A stretch of DNA of 64,000 bases from an uncultured virus (IMG/VR IMGVR_UViG_3300044715_001089) (taxonomy: Duplodnaviria; Heunggongvirae; Uroviricota; Caudoviricetes): IMG/VR virus record IMGVR_UViG_3300044715_001089; one strand, written 5' to 3'. Positions 19,445 to 31,048 of this stretch are shown piece by piece; the stretch's first letter is position 1, and each line of letters starts with the position of its first letter. The notes below the pieces were generated by a model. It had not been told where the DNA came from and made no database searches. It worked only from the letters and a program-made list of their open reading frames with translations. A program made the translations under genes and the position numbers.

Positions 19445-20632
19445 ATGTCAGAAAAATTCTACACAGTAATACGTAAGCAGATCGTCAAGGCTGCCAACAT
19501 GACTCATGCAAGAAACCTTGCTGAGGGGTATGACGATTTTCCTGGCGAAGTTTTACTAGAAGAAATAGATTCCAATATCACTGATCAAAAAGAAGTAGTA
19601 GAAGATATAATTTCTCCTATATCTGATATGGAAGAGGGAAAAAGCGATTTTTTAAGATCAGAGAACAGAAGATTAGCTAGATTAGCAGACAAGTATAAGA
19701 ACGTTAAAGATGAGGCAGTAGTGGCCATCTATGAAGCAGCATACGATGCTTTTACTACGTTCAATGTCCCTGCAACTAAAAAACCAGTTATTAAATCTGC
19801 ACCAGGAGTTCCAGAGACAGCGGTAGCTGTATTCGCAGACTGGCAATTAGGAAAAGTTACTCCTGACTATAACTCTAATGTAGCTGCTGAAAGAATAGAA
19901 CTATATACTGAAAAGCTTCTTGAGATTACTGAGATACAAAGAAAGCATCACCCAGTAAATGATCTCCATGTTTGGATGTTAGGTGATATTGTAGAGGGAG
20001 AGGAAATCTTTCCTGGACAAGCTCATCTAATCGACTCAGGGTTATATCGTCAAGTAGGCGTTAACGGACCAGAGATATTAACCAAGTTCCTAAAAACTGC
20101 TTTAGAAAATTTTGAGCACGTTCATGTTACTGGAGTCATAGGCAACCATGGTGCCGTAGGTGGCCGAGGAAGAAAGCAGCATGACCCAGAGACTAATATG
20201 GATCGACTTCTTTATCAGATTCTTAGACTAATATTTAAAGACGAGCCTAGAATTACTTTCAATATTCCAGATGGAAAAGGCGAAAGACACTGGTATGCCG
20301 TAGACAGCATAGGAAGCTATAGCAGCCTTTTAATTCATGGCGATCAATTACCTTCACCCAATGCCTTTCATGGTTACTATAAAAAGATAATGGGCTGGAA
20401 AGACGGTGCAATTCCGGAGCATTTTGATGATGTTTTCATGGGTCACTATCACCAATCTTTCAAGATGACAATAGGAAGCGCAACATTGAGAATATCTGGT
20501 TCACCAGAGAGCTACAATACCTACGCACAAGAGTTTTTCTCTTCAATGAGTAGGCCTTCTCAGCAACTTATGTATGTACACCCAGAAAATGGACTCACTT
20601 GTGAATACAGTATTTGGCTAGACTCAATTTAA
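19445..20632 (+). CDS. calcineurin-like metallophosphoesterase with N-terminal extension
   Basis: ADWQLG, LGDIVEG, GNHG, IHGD, GHYH motifs. Confidence 0.85.
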   Translation: MSEKFYTVIRKQIVKAANMTHARNLAEGYDDFPGEVLLEEIDSNITDQKEVVEDIISPISDMEEGKSDFLRSENRRLARLADKYKNVKDEAVVAIYEAAYDAFTTFNVPATKKPVIKSAPGVPETAVAVFADWQLGKVTPDYNSNVAAERIELYTEKLLEITEIQRKHHPVNDLHVWMLGDIVEGEEIFPGQAHLIDSGLYRQVGVNGPEILTKFLKTALENFEHVHVTGVIGNHGAVGGRGRKQHDPETNMDRLLYQILRLIFKDEPRITFNIPDGKGERHWYAVDSIGSYSSLLIHGDQLPSPNAFHGYYKKIMGWKDGAIPEHFDDVFMGHYHQSFKMTIGSATLRISGSPESYNTYAQEFFSSMSRPSQQLMYVHPENGLTCEYSIWLDSI

Positions 20633-20643
20633 GGGCATTATAA

Positions 20644-23600
20644 ATGAAGAGTTTTCTATTAAGCTTTAACGCTTATGACTTTAGCAAGAATGAAAAAGTA
20701 TGGACTACTCAAGTAATAGACCTCTATGCCAACAACTACTATACAAACTTTTCCAATAAAAGATCTATAACTGGTCTTAATGTATTAGGAGACTATAAGT
20801 TTGTTGGTACAGAAAAAACAGGTGACGTATTCTTTTACATCAACAGCACAGAGTATTCAAGCCCTAGCTATTTGTATCTAAACGATTCACCAGAAGCAAG
20901 TCCTACTTTCTTGGTCTATACTGACCCAGATTTTTCTAATTATGATTTAGCTACACCAACAGTAGCAAACTCGGTTTATCAGACAAACTATGGAGAGATT
21001 GTCTCAGATATTGCAACGCCGGATATTCTTAGATTCGTTGACACTACTTCAAGAGTCGATATTAGATCATTTAAAGGGGCATTTACCAATAGATACGGTG
21101 GATTAGAACAAGTTTTCTATAGTCTTAACGTATACGAATCTGACTCATTAGAGCGGACCGTGGCTTCTTTCTACAACAACCACTTCAAGTTCTTTAGGCT
21201 CAATACTATTAGCAAGAGACGCAAAAAGATACGCAAAGTTTGAAGTAATTCTTGATACCGAGGTAGTAGATCTTTCTATATTAGATTTTATATTACTAAT
21301 AGAAATAGCAATAGCAGACCCTATTAGTCCCGTTTTATCAAATTCTTCTAAGAATATATTAAAGAAATTTCCATCATGGACAAAGTTATATTCCGATGCA
21401 GAAGATCAGGTAGATCAAAATCAATTTATTCCAAAAAGTACTGGTGGAAAATTCATCAACTCAGTATTGATGGATAACTTAGACTCTTTTGACACTGAGA
21501 TAGATATACATAATATAAATAGATTTATTGGTACTGCAGATCTTGATCAGATAGCTTGGATGTACTCTTCATTAAACGTTCCAAACACCTTCAATAAGAT
21601 ATACGGAGATGATGTAGAACTAACTAAGGTAGATGAGATATCGGATCTTTATGAAGCTAAAGATACTGATTACGTGTATTATCACAATCCTATTAACAGG
21701 CAAATTATAACTATTCAAAAGTTTAATGACATAGTAGCCTACAGTGTCAATTCTGGTTCAACTGTTTTAGCACAAGCTGCAATGCAAAGGTTCAACTGGT
21801 TTGATGAATACGGTGCTAGAGTGGGTCTAAATAGACTCTACCTAGAGAGTAACTCTTCTTTTAAATTTAGAATATTAGATGTTTTTAAAAATCCAATATC
21901 TTCTAATATATCTGGTTTTAAAAAAACACTAAGAAGAGAACTCGATCTTTGGACCGCATTTGGAGCAACACCAGATCACAATGCAGAGTATGCAACTCCT
22001 ACAGTATTGGAAATGACTGACATAGAAAGCTCATTAGAGTTCTTTTACGCAGATGGTAATCCAAAACAAAAATTTATAGATTTAGTAAGAAACTTAAATG
22101 AAAAATATCCAACTCATTGGGGATACTTTAAATTCAATGAAGCAGTATGGGATGCTTCTGGACAATATCAAGAAGGCGTAGATAGAATAACTTCCAGGTA
22201 TTATGATGATAATAATGATTTTACAGGAATACATTATCAGCCAGGTGTAGGAGATCTATCAGACGCAGAAGTAATAGTATTAGACAATTCAGCTACTCCG
22301 GTAGCATTTCAAACAATACTTGTAGCAACAGGAAAGAAAAAAGTTGGAACCAGCTTAGATTATTCTCCCGTTAAGGTAGATTATGAATATTATTCAAAAT
22401 ATAATCAAGTTATTTATGATAATAATTTAGCTACTGTTAATTTAACTCTAGAAGGAACATTAGTTCCATACGGAAACGTTACTACTGACACTGATATATA
22501 TACAACTATAATAAGATATGTAAAAAATCAATTTTCACCAACTAGTTCTGCTAGCCCAGAATTCCATGAAGTCAAAATATTTGATACAGAAGGTTTTACT
22601 GACACTGACTTAAACTTAAAGAGAAAGAGTTCACTTCAGCCATTAGTGCTCAGCTTTAACGGTGCTTATACCTCTTCTAAAATACCTTATAATAAAATAA
22701 AAAATATAAAACTAAAGAATGGCTTATGGAATGGAACAACATATGCTACTCCAAACTCTGATTCTTTTAGTGCTATGTTTTCACACAAACCTAATATTAT
22801 TTTAAAATCTTCTACATCTGAAATAAATGCAAGTACTCCCAACTTTGATATGAATACAAGTGTAAAAATAGTATCAAATCTTTATAACCAAAAAGTATCA
22901 ACATTTGAAACAATTCGCACCAAGAATAGTTTAACAATAAATGATTCACCAACTTCTTCTACACCAAGTGTTTCTCTACCTCTTTCCCAAATAAAATCAT
23001 CCATAATATACCCACCAGGTGCAACTCCTGTTTCCGTTCACATAGAAACGCTGATTCCTTATACCGCTTATGATTCACCTGGTCAGCTAGAAGAAGACAC
23101 AATATCTATCTATGGTGGAGTTTCACACTATAATGAAATAGATAGAGATGTATTTATTCCAGCTTCTCCAAATATAATAGCTTCTGTATACAGAGGTTCT
23201 CAAGCAACTAACAATTTTGGATACATTGGGTCTACTAATTCTGGAGCAACCGCTAATTATTATTTTGGAAAACTAGAATATCCAGTTTCCGCAACACCTG
23301 ATAGTATAATCATAAAAACTGCTGATAGTTCAAAGTATCCATTTACCGCAATTGAATGGGATCCTTTTGAGCAATATTCAACTCCTATTACAAATAGCGT
23401 AGTAGACGAAAATGGAATCATAAGATACAGTATTGAAAACGGCGAAAGAATACCTGGATTAAATAATAACATTGTAGATCTTCCAACTATAACTAGAGAA
23501 ACATTTTTTAGCACATTTGGATTAACAAATGAAAATAAATTTGATTATTTCTTTGAAAACATTAAGGTAATTGATCCATATGATGTAAACGTTTCTGTAT

Positions 23601-25405
23601 GGTCAGATCAAAAAGTTGTAAAACCATTTTTAAATAGAACATATGTATTAGAAAATTCAATTTCTGACGCAATAAACAATCAATTAGATCATGTCGAAAT
23701 TATAGAGTATCCACTTGATTCAATCGTTGAAACTTATGATCCGGTAAAAGGTACAACCACATTTACTAACATTAATATTAGAGGAAAACTATTTAGCGAT
23801 AAAATAGATGCTAAGCTAAAAACAGGTTGGATCTCAGTTGACAAAGAAGAACAGTATATATACGCAAAGCCAGTAAAGGAAACTTTTACCGGAAAATTAC
23901 ATAAACTTTCCTTGAAGTCTAATCCTACACACGGTGCTCCAATTATAGTTGAAGTAATAGATAATCACTCAACACCGGTTAGTTCTTACCAGGAAATAGC
24001 ATTTTCTGACACAGCTACACCCGGCAGTTTTTCTTTCTATAATACAGAAATTTTAAAACCAAAAATGGATAATTCTTTCTATTTAGGTTATAAAAACACA
24101 TACAATTTAACGATAAAGGATCTCAGTACCGGTGAGTTAGTTGCAACTAACCTATCTGCTACTCCCAATATGGCAACTCCGCCTAGTGGAATAATGTTGA
24201 ATCCTCAGAGAGAATACTTATTGGGATATAGGGTTCATGATTCTTATTATATAGACACAGAGCTAGTAAATAATAATTACGTTACATCCGTATATTTTGA
24301 TGCTACACCAAACTATAACTATTCTTATAATGTTACATATGAAACTTCTGATTATGAAATGGCAACACCTGTTTCCATAGATCTAAATCCATTAACTTCG
24401 TGGCTTGATGATGGATATATTGCAGTGGTAACAGAAGAGTACGATTTTAACTCATTACAGATTAATGTTTCTCCTAAATATGTAATTAATGACGGAAAAG
24501 ATTATGTAGACATATCAATTGTTTCCTTAGATGTTAACGGAAATCCTAAACCATATCAGGTATTAAATATTTCGGGATCTAAGATAACACCTTCTGTATC
24601 AACAGTTACCACAGACGAAGAGGGTTACGCACATTTTAGGGCAACTTCAACTCAAGCTGTATCAGTAGAAACTTATGGATCTATTACAATTTCAAAAACA
24701 GGCTATTCAAAAAATATCTTAATTGAAATACTTCCTGAAACTGTTAATTCAGGAAAATCAATAAAATCTGAAGTATCAAATAAAATTATTAAATCAGATG
24801 GTGTATCTAGTATTTTCATAAATGGCTTAATAATGGATAATGGTGTTCCAGTCTCAGGATCTGTAATATACTGGAGAAAATCAAGAACAAACTATCAATT
24901 ATTTACAGAAGTATCATATTCAACATCTGAATTAGCACCATCAAATAATCGTTTTTCAGGAATTGTATATTCTGATTCTCAAGGAAGATTCTCGATAGGG
25001 CCTATAGTATCCACCTCAAGAACAGATCCCGGTTACTGGTTCGTTGCTGTAGAGTCAGATTTTTCTTCCAATCCTTCAGTAACACCCTCTACTATAGAAG
25101 GAGATATAGTCTATTGGCTAGAAGATTACGATGCAATTAATTATAACTTTAATTCAAACGTAGGAATAAACGAAATAATTAATTATGATGTTAGTAAATC
25201 GTGGGATCTTTATGCTACTCCTAACTTTAAAATAAATTATGCAAATAGAGATCAAGTTGATGTCCAAAATACAACGCTTAGATGGACTCCACCTAAGTGG
25301 TTTACCGTAAGTAGATATGAGCAATATCAGTCCGGAATGCTTGGTAGCACTCCTTACTATATAGAAAATTACGATTCTTTAATCAAGGATTATGAGGAAG
25401 AATAA
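20644..25405 (+). CDS. large virion protein with Ig-like domains, 1586 aa when CGGA at 21154 is read as one unit
   Basis: ORF 20644-21243 joins the frame of 21467-25405 at GAG-CGGA-CCG; that frame is open from 21152. Big_1-like segment (NDGKDYVDISIVSLDVNGNP...TTDEEGYA) near 24460-24740. Confidence 0.75.
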
Positions 25406-28400
25406 TGAAAAAATTTGTTGATAAAACAAAAAATGGTAATGAATTTAGCGTAAAAAAAATATCAAACCTTCCTAAAGATGATTCTAGTCTAGGTCTTAAA
25501 TGGTTTTCGTCTAAAGAAATAACACCATCTAGTTCAATAGTCATAACAGACGTTTCTTCAACTATACCAGAAAACTCAAATCCAGATTTGCTACAATCTC
25601 AGGGCGCTGGTGCAAAACTTTTCTTTGCAAATGAGCTAGGTATATTAGAGGATTTATCTGGAAATACAGTATTTAACTCTGATGAAATAAGTATAAGTGA
25701 TATATTTTTGTCAGATAGAAATATTGACATGGAGTATTCCGCTGCTCAGCTAAACGATAAGACATTTTGTCATTCATATTATGTATCTAAAGGTTATACA
25801 TTACTTGAAAATCATTTATATTTTAGTGATGATTTATCAGATTTTATAGAAGAAAGTCAACTTCCAAAATCAATAAAAGTCATAGATCAAAATGGTGATG
25901 AATACGTAGACAAAAACACTGGCATAAAAAAATACAGAATACTTCTACAGCCAATTGGAGTATCTTCCATAAAGAGGGGAACTGCAACACCATATTCAGT
26001 AATAGTCCTTATAAAGGATACTAATCCAATTGGTCTTTCTTTAGTATACGATAAAGTTACAATATATGGTGGAAATATTATTTCTTCAGTTAAATTAAAA
26101 GACATAGAAAGTATTAATCAAGTTTCTTTATTTAATAAAATTAGCGAAGAATCAATAGTTGCTGATCCAACTTCTAGGTATAAGAAAATATTTGCTAAAA
26201 AACCTTCCGTTAGCACTGCAAATGCAGTAGTATCTGACAATACTGCAAATGATGGATTCCAAGTATTTGTTCCAAAAAAAGCATTGTCCGATAATAGGAC
26301 ATATGAAACTTTTAACTGGAGATTAATAGCAAAGGTAAACTCAAATACCAATACTTCTTCCGTAAACTATGGAAGAGAATTAGATACCGCAGGCAACTTA
26401 ACAGATAGACAAATAAATTGTGCAGTCTTGTGCACTTCTGCAGACTTAAGTAATGCTAGAAATTCCTCTACATATAGCGGATTAAATCCATACATATTTT
26501 TTAGATTAGCAAAATCTAGTTTTAACTTGGCTTCTTATACTTACACAAATCCTTTAGCATCAACTGCATTCACTAAATCACAAGCTGAGTACTGGTTAGT
26601 AAATATAGATGAAGTTACCGACTTAAATGCTTATGATATAGTAGCTTGGTCGCCAACGTCAGCGATATCTTCTCCTCAGGGAATAAAGATTAAAAACTTT
26701 ATTGAATCAAAACACGGTACTGTAGTACTAGACTTGTCGTCAAGTAGCCTTCCAACAAATGCAGCAACTACAGTCTACCCCTATCTTTCTATAAGTTCCA
26801 CTACAACAGCTCTTAGTAGCTGGCAATACAATACTACCAATATGTTTATAGATGAATCGAAAACAAACGCTTGGCCAATAAACGATAGCATATTTGAAAA
26901 AATAGGCAGTACAGTTGTTTATGGAATTTATGGAAGTAGCATAGACGCTGCTTCACTATCACCAAAACAGTACAGGCATTTTACCTCTTCCGATATCACT
27001 ACTTCTAATATACTGATGAAAGAAGTAACTTCTGCAACTTCTCCAAAGCCGATGTTTGTAACAGCTGAACATAGACCAACAGCCGATGCCCTTGTCAGGG
27101 GTAACCTATTAGTGACAACAACTCCAATAATGCAGTATTGCAATAACATTTACACTTCTGCTGGTTTATATGACACAAGTACATCTAACTCCGGATCCAC
27201 TTCTATTACCGAGACTACAGTCAACCCTACTGCAGCTATAGAAGGTCCAATGAAGATTATCTATAATGCAGTATCTGTGGCTACTCTGTCTAAGATACAA
27301 TCTTCAAGAACTCTAGATATACGTTCTTCTAAGTATTATATAACAGGAAATTGGAATTCATCCTATGTAGTCAATGGTTCTGTATTAATAGATCAAGAAA
27401 AACCTGATTACACTTTAATGACTGACCTTAATTATCCTAGTGTAAGAAAATATTGTAGAAATTTAACTTCTAGTTATGGTTCAATAATAGATTATTATAA
27501 GAGAATTTGTTATGACTCAATACCTGATCAATATAGCATTCTTCTTCAAGACATAGACTTATCAAAAATAGAGCTATATGTTGAAGTTACTAATCAAAAT
27601 GTTTTATTTGCAAATAATAATCCAATATTAAACAATGAATTAACCGGTGATGTTAACGATATTCCTAGTTCTTACAAGATATTTAGAATACAGCCGACTC
27701 AATACTCTTCTCACTTATTTGCCTACACAGAATCAAGCTCTTTGCCATTCACCATACCAGGTGGATTTGGTCCTCACATAATTAAAGAAAAACCAATCCA
27801 ATACAGCAATTCTTTAATGCAAGAAAGATTTACTCAATCTTTAACGTCTTCATCATTTAGAAGTTATCCATTTAACCTAAGCACATACAGCTCTTACATA
27901 AGTTCAACTGAAAGCTCATTAGGTTTTAACGTAAATTGGCAAGCAAATGTTACAGGAACTGGAATCGCTCAATATTCCAAGAAAACAACCACCAACCCAG
28001 TTGCAATAGTGCCAGTACCGGGTGAAACCGCTTATCCAACAGAAGGTTATTCATCTGTAGATGTAGACGATAATGAAGTTATAAGAGATTTACCTTCAGA
28101 GCAGAGAATAAGTACTCCAAAAAATAACTTTTTTTATAGTGGTGATATAAACATCAATAAATATTTTCTTCAGTATGGAACAGATCCTGAGGATAGAAAA
28201 AGTGGAGAATACGTAAAATATATACAATATACTTTGGCCTATTCTGGAATTGCATCAATTAAGGGAATTAAAATAGATGGAGCATTCGGTGCTCAGACTA
28301 AATCATTTATGTCTATATTTCAAAAACAAAAAGATGAGATATACACCGAAGGAGGAGTGGACAGTGAGACTAAATCTTACCTCATAAGAGTGTGGAAAGA

Positions 28401-31047
28401 TCTGTATAAAAACAATAGAAAAGCATTTGATGCAGCGGTTGCTAAGATTAGAAAACAAGACCCAGAAGTAATTAAATATATAGCAGAACATCATAACCCA
28501 GAAATATCAGAACTATCTGATTCTGATAAGAGTTATAGAAGAATTAGTTTTAGTGGATCTAGAAAAGATGGACCAAAAGGAACTATTAGGGACACTATAT
28601 ATGTAAGAATTCCAAAAAAGTACAATACGGAAGCTAGTTCAACGACGCTTAATGCAAAGCTTACTTCTATAAGAATAACTCCTGGAGATTTTGATGGAGC
28701 CAGTTCTTATCAGGGAATTAAAATAATATCCATTAAAGCTTATAAAGCTAAATCTAACGGTAAACCAAATGGATCTCAATTTAGTCTCATTAAAAAAGAT
28801 ACTCTATTCTTTAAGGACTCTAAGGAATTCCCAGTAAATAGACTAGACTCTTCTTACGTATGGGTTGGTATAACCTTAGAGGGAAGGTCTCTTGGTGGAA
28901 TATTTGGAACAAAAGCTGAAGGTTATTCTGTAGATAATATATCTTTTGGAATATCATATGATCAAGCTCCAGCAGTAACACCAGCAGCAGTAGAAACATT
29001 ACTGCCAACATTCACAAAACCATTTTCAGTTTCCTTTAAAATATCAGGAACAAAAAACGATGTTAATGTTAACTCTCCAAAAACTATAGATTTAACTGGA
29101 AGAAAAGTAACCGATTCCCCCTATACGGTTAGTAACATACTATTAACCTATACAAACGACGCAGACCAAATAGTTTCTGATGCCACGTTGACTACTATAG
29201 ATTTTAATTCGACTAAATCACTAGCATATCATTCAGTAAACGGCACTAATACTTACGATACAAACGTTACATTGAATTATAGAGATCTAGTTTTTACAGT
29301 TTCTAATCCAGTTGTAACTGCAGTAACAAGCTCTAGCGGATCTATAGGAAGTACATCTAATATATCAGCAGTAGTAACTGCCAATAACTTGACTCTCTCT
29401 ACTTCAGCTTTGAACTACCAAAATGGTATTTATCAAAATAGTATTCCTGCACCGGTTTCTAGCTACTGGATGCTAAAACAAGATGGGTCTTTAATAAAAA
29501 ACTCAAAAAATACAATTACTGTATTAGATGGTTTATTGTTACTGTGCCAACCTAGTGAAGCACCAGGAATAGTAGGAAAACCAATAGGGGTATTACCGGC
29601 ACCAGTTTCCTTGACTCCAAGCGTAAATCAAGAGATAAATATAGACTACGGATCTTTAATTCTGTCTAACTCGATTGCCGATACAAGTGGTTATATTTAC
29701 GGCTATTACGACAATTTAAGAAAAGAATTTTTAGGCTCAGTATTAACTTACTTAGAATACCAGAATAGAGGTCCTAATAATATATACATCGGAGTTTTAG
29801 CCACAGACGCAGATGGAAATATGGGGACTTCAGTAGACTTTATAGGGCAAAGAACGGCAACTACTATCAATCCCGTTTCAATACCGATGAAAGCAGCTTA
29901 TCCAGTATATTCTGTTGTATACAAAAACTCAACAAAGATAAGAGTTAATTCTATAGAAAGAAAAACTTCTAAGTTTAATCAATGGCCACTTTATATATCT
30001 TCTGGTTCTTTTATTAAAGATTTTTACATAGACCCTTCTTATGGTTGGACAGATATATTAAAAAATTATAAAAAACAGACTTTAAGAGCAACTTATTCAA
30101 CATTATCCATGAAAAATATTCCATGGTCTAAATTCCTCGGAAGACCATATATTGATGTAGTAGAAGAAGTTCCAAATATTATTTCTTCAAGAAAAATACA
30201 ACTTTCTTCAACTCCGATAGCTTCAATTAATGAGCCATCATATAATAATGTTGGATATATAAAATCAATTATAAAAGTAAAAGTTAAAGACTCAATTAGT
30301 GATAGTGACTGGAAAATAATTCCAAATTCTTCTATAAAAAATATAGATTGCAATACAGGAATAATAGATTTCTACGACACCATAGTTCCATCTAACCCAT
30401 TATTAATTTGCGTTGATTATACAGTTGTATCAAATGGAATACCTTTAAAACAAATAAACGGAAATCCAATACCTATAAATCCATTTTTGAATAAGGACAT
30501 AATAGAATCAGATAAAGCTCTTTACATTTACATTAAGCCAGTTAAAATAGAATATAGGACCAGTAATACTTCTAGCTATACTTGGAGATTATTTGAAAAT
30601 TACAATTATGATACACCAATAAACTTTACGTATGATAATTCAATTTTTGATCCCTATGATTCCGTAAACTTTGACCCATTTGCCTTACCAATTGCTGTTA
30701 TACATGTAATGAATAACTTTAAAGCTAAAGATATAACATTGCAGGATATGAGAATTAGAGGTGGTGGCGTTAAGTCTTCAGACTCTACGTCTAATGGAGT
30801 ATACGGAGATCTTGGAATAAATAAACTATTAAGTGATATAAAAGAATCTTTATCCTTTTGGGATATCTATCCTCCCTTGCAGCATTCTTATCCTAAGGGC
30901 GGTTTTGTTATAATAAGACTTCCTAAGGAAGTTATTAATAATTTTGAAAATCCAGAAGAAATATATAGTATAATAGAAAGAAACCTAACAGCTGGTGTAG
31001 CTTACAAGCTACAAGACATGGACGGCGTCGATTGGGGAAAGGCCTAA
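25405..31047 (+). CDS. large virion protein with a peptidoglycan-binding-like domain
   Basis: 1880 aa, S/T/N-rich; SGEYVKYIQYTL...IDGAFGAQTK...FQK...GGVDSET at about 28200-28380. Confidence 0.7.
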   Translation: MKKFVDKTKNGNEFSVKKISNLPKDDSSLGLKWFSSKEITPSSSIVITDVSSTIPENSNPDLLQSQGAGAKLFFANELGILEDLSGNTVFNSDEISISDIFLSDRNIDMEYSAAQLNDKTFCHSYYVSKGYTLLENHLYFSDDLSDFIEESQLPKSIKVIDQNGDEYVDKNTGIKKYRILLQPIGVSSIKRGTATPYSVIVLIKDTNPIGLSLVYDKVTIYGGNIISSVKLKDIESINQVSLFNKISEESIVADPTSRYKKIFAKKPSVSTANAVVSDNTANDGFQVFVPKKALSDNRTYETFNWRLIAKVNSNTNTSSVNYGRELDTAGNLTDRQINCAVLCTSADLSNARNSSTYSGLNPYIFFRLAKSSFNLASYTYTNPLASTAFTKSQAEYWLVNIDEVTDLNAYDIVAWSPTSAISSPQGIKIKNFIESKHGTVVLDLSSSSLPTNAATTVYPYLSISSTTTALSSWQYNTTNMFIDESKTNAWPINDSIFEKIGSTVVYGIYGSSIDAASLSPKQYRHFTSSDITTSNILMKEVTSATSPKPMFVTAEHRPTADALVRGNLLVTTTPIMQYCNNIYTSAGLYDTSTSNSGSTSITETTVNPTAAIEGPMKIIYNAVSVATLSKIQSSRTLDIRSSKYYITGNWNSSYVVNGSVLIDQEKPDYTLMTDLNYPSVRKYCRNLTSSYGSIIDYYKRICYDSIPDQYSILLQDIDLSKIELYVEVTNQNVLFANNNPILNNELTGDVNDIPSSYKIFRIQPTQYSSHLFAYTESSSLPFTIPGGFGPHIIKEKPIQYSNSLMQERFTQSLTSSSFRSYPFNLSTYSSYISSTESSLGFNVNWQANVTGTGIAQYSKKTTTNPVAIVPVPGETAYPTEGYSSVDVDDNEVIRDLPSEQRISTPKNNFFYSGDININKYFLQYGTDPEDRKSGEYVKYIQYTLAYSGIASIKGIKIDGAFGAQTKSFMSIFQKQKDEIYTEGGVDSETKSYLIRVWKDLYKNNRKAFDAAVAKIRKQDPEVIKYIAEHHNPEISELSDSDKSYRRISFSGSRKDGPKGTIRDTIYVRIPKKYNTEASSTTLNAKLTSIRITPGDFDGASSYQGIKIISIKAYKAKSNGKPNGSQFSLIKKDTLFFKDSKEFPVNRLDSSYVWVGITLEGRSLGGIFGTKAEGYSVDNISFGISYDQAPAVTPAAVETLLPTFTKPFSVSFKISGTKNDVNVNSPKTIDLTGRKVTDSPYTVSNILLTYTNDADQIVSDATLTTIDFNSTKSLAYHSVNGTNTYDTNVTLNYRDLVFTVSNPVVTAVTSSSGSIGSTSNISAVVTANNLTLSTSALNYQNGIYQNSIPAPVSSYWMLKQDGSLIKNSKNTITVLDGLLLLCQPSEAPGIVGKPIGVLPAPVSLTPSVNQEINIDYGSLILSNSIADTSGYIYGYYDNLRKEFLGSVLTYLEYQNRGPNNIYIGVLATDADGNMGTSVDFIGQRTATTINPVSIPMKAAYPVYSVVYKNSTKIRVNSIERKTSKFNQWPLYISSGSFIKDFYIDPSYGWTDILKNYKKQTLRATYSTLSMKNIPWSKFLGRPYIDVVEEVPNIISSRKIQLSSTPIASINEPSYNNVGYIKSIIKVKVKDSISDSDWKIIPNSSIKNIDCNTGIIDFYDTIVPSNPLLICVDYTVVSNGIPLKQINGNPIPINPFLNKDIIESDKALYIYIKPVKIEYRTSNTSSYTWRLFENYNYDTPINFTYDNSIFDPYDSVNFDPFALPIAVIHVMNNFKAKDITLQDMRIRGGGVKSSDSTSNGVYGDLGINKLLSDIKESLSFWDIYPPLQHSYPKGGFVIIRLPKEVINNFENPEEIYSIIERNLTAGVAYKLQDMDGVDWGKA

Positions 31048-31048
31048 C

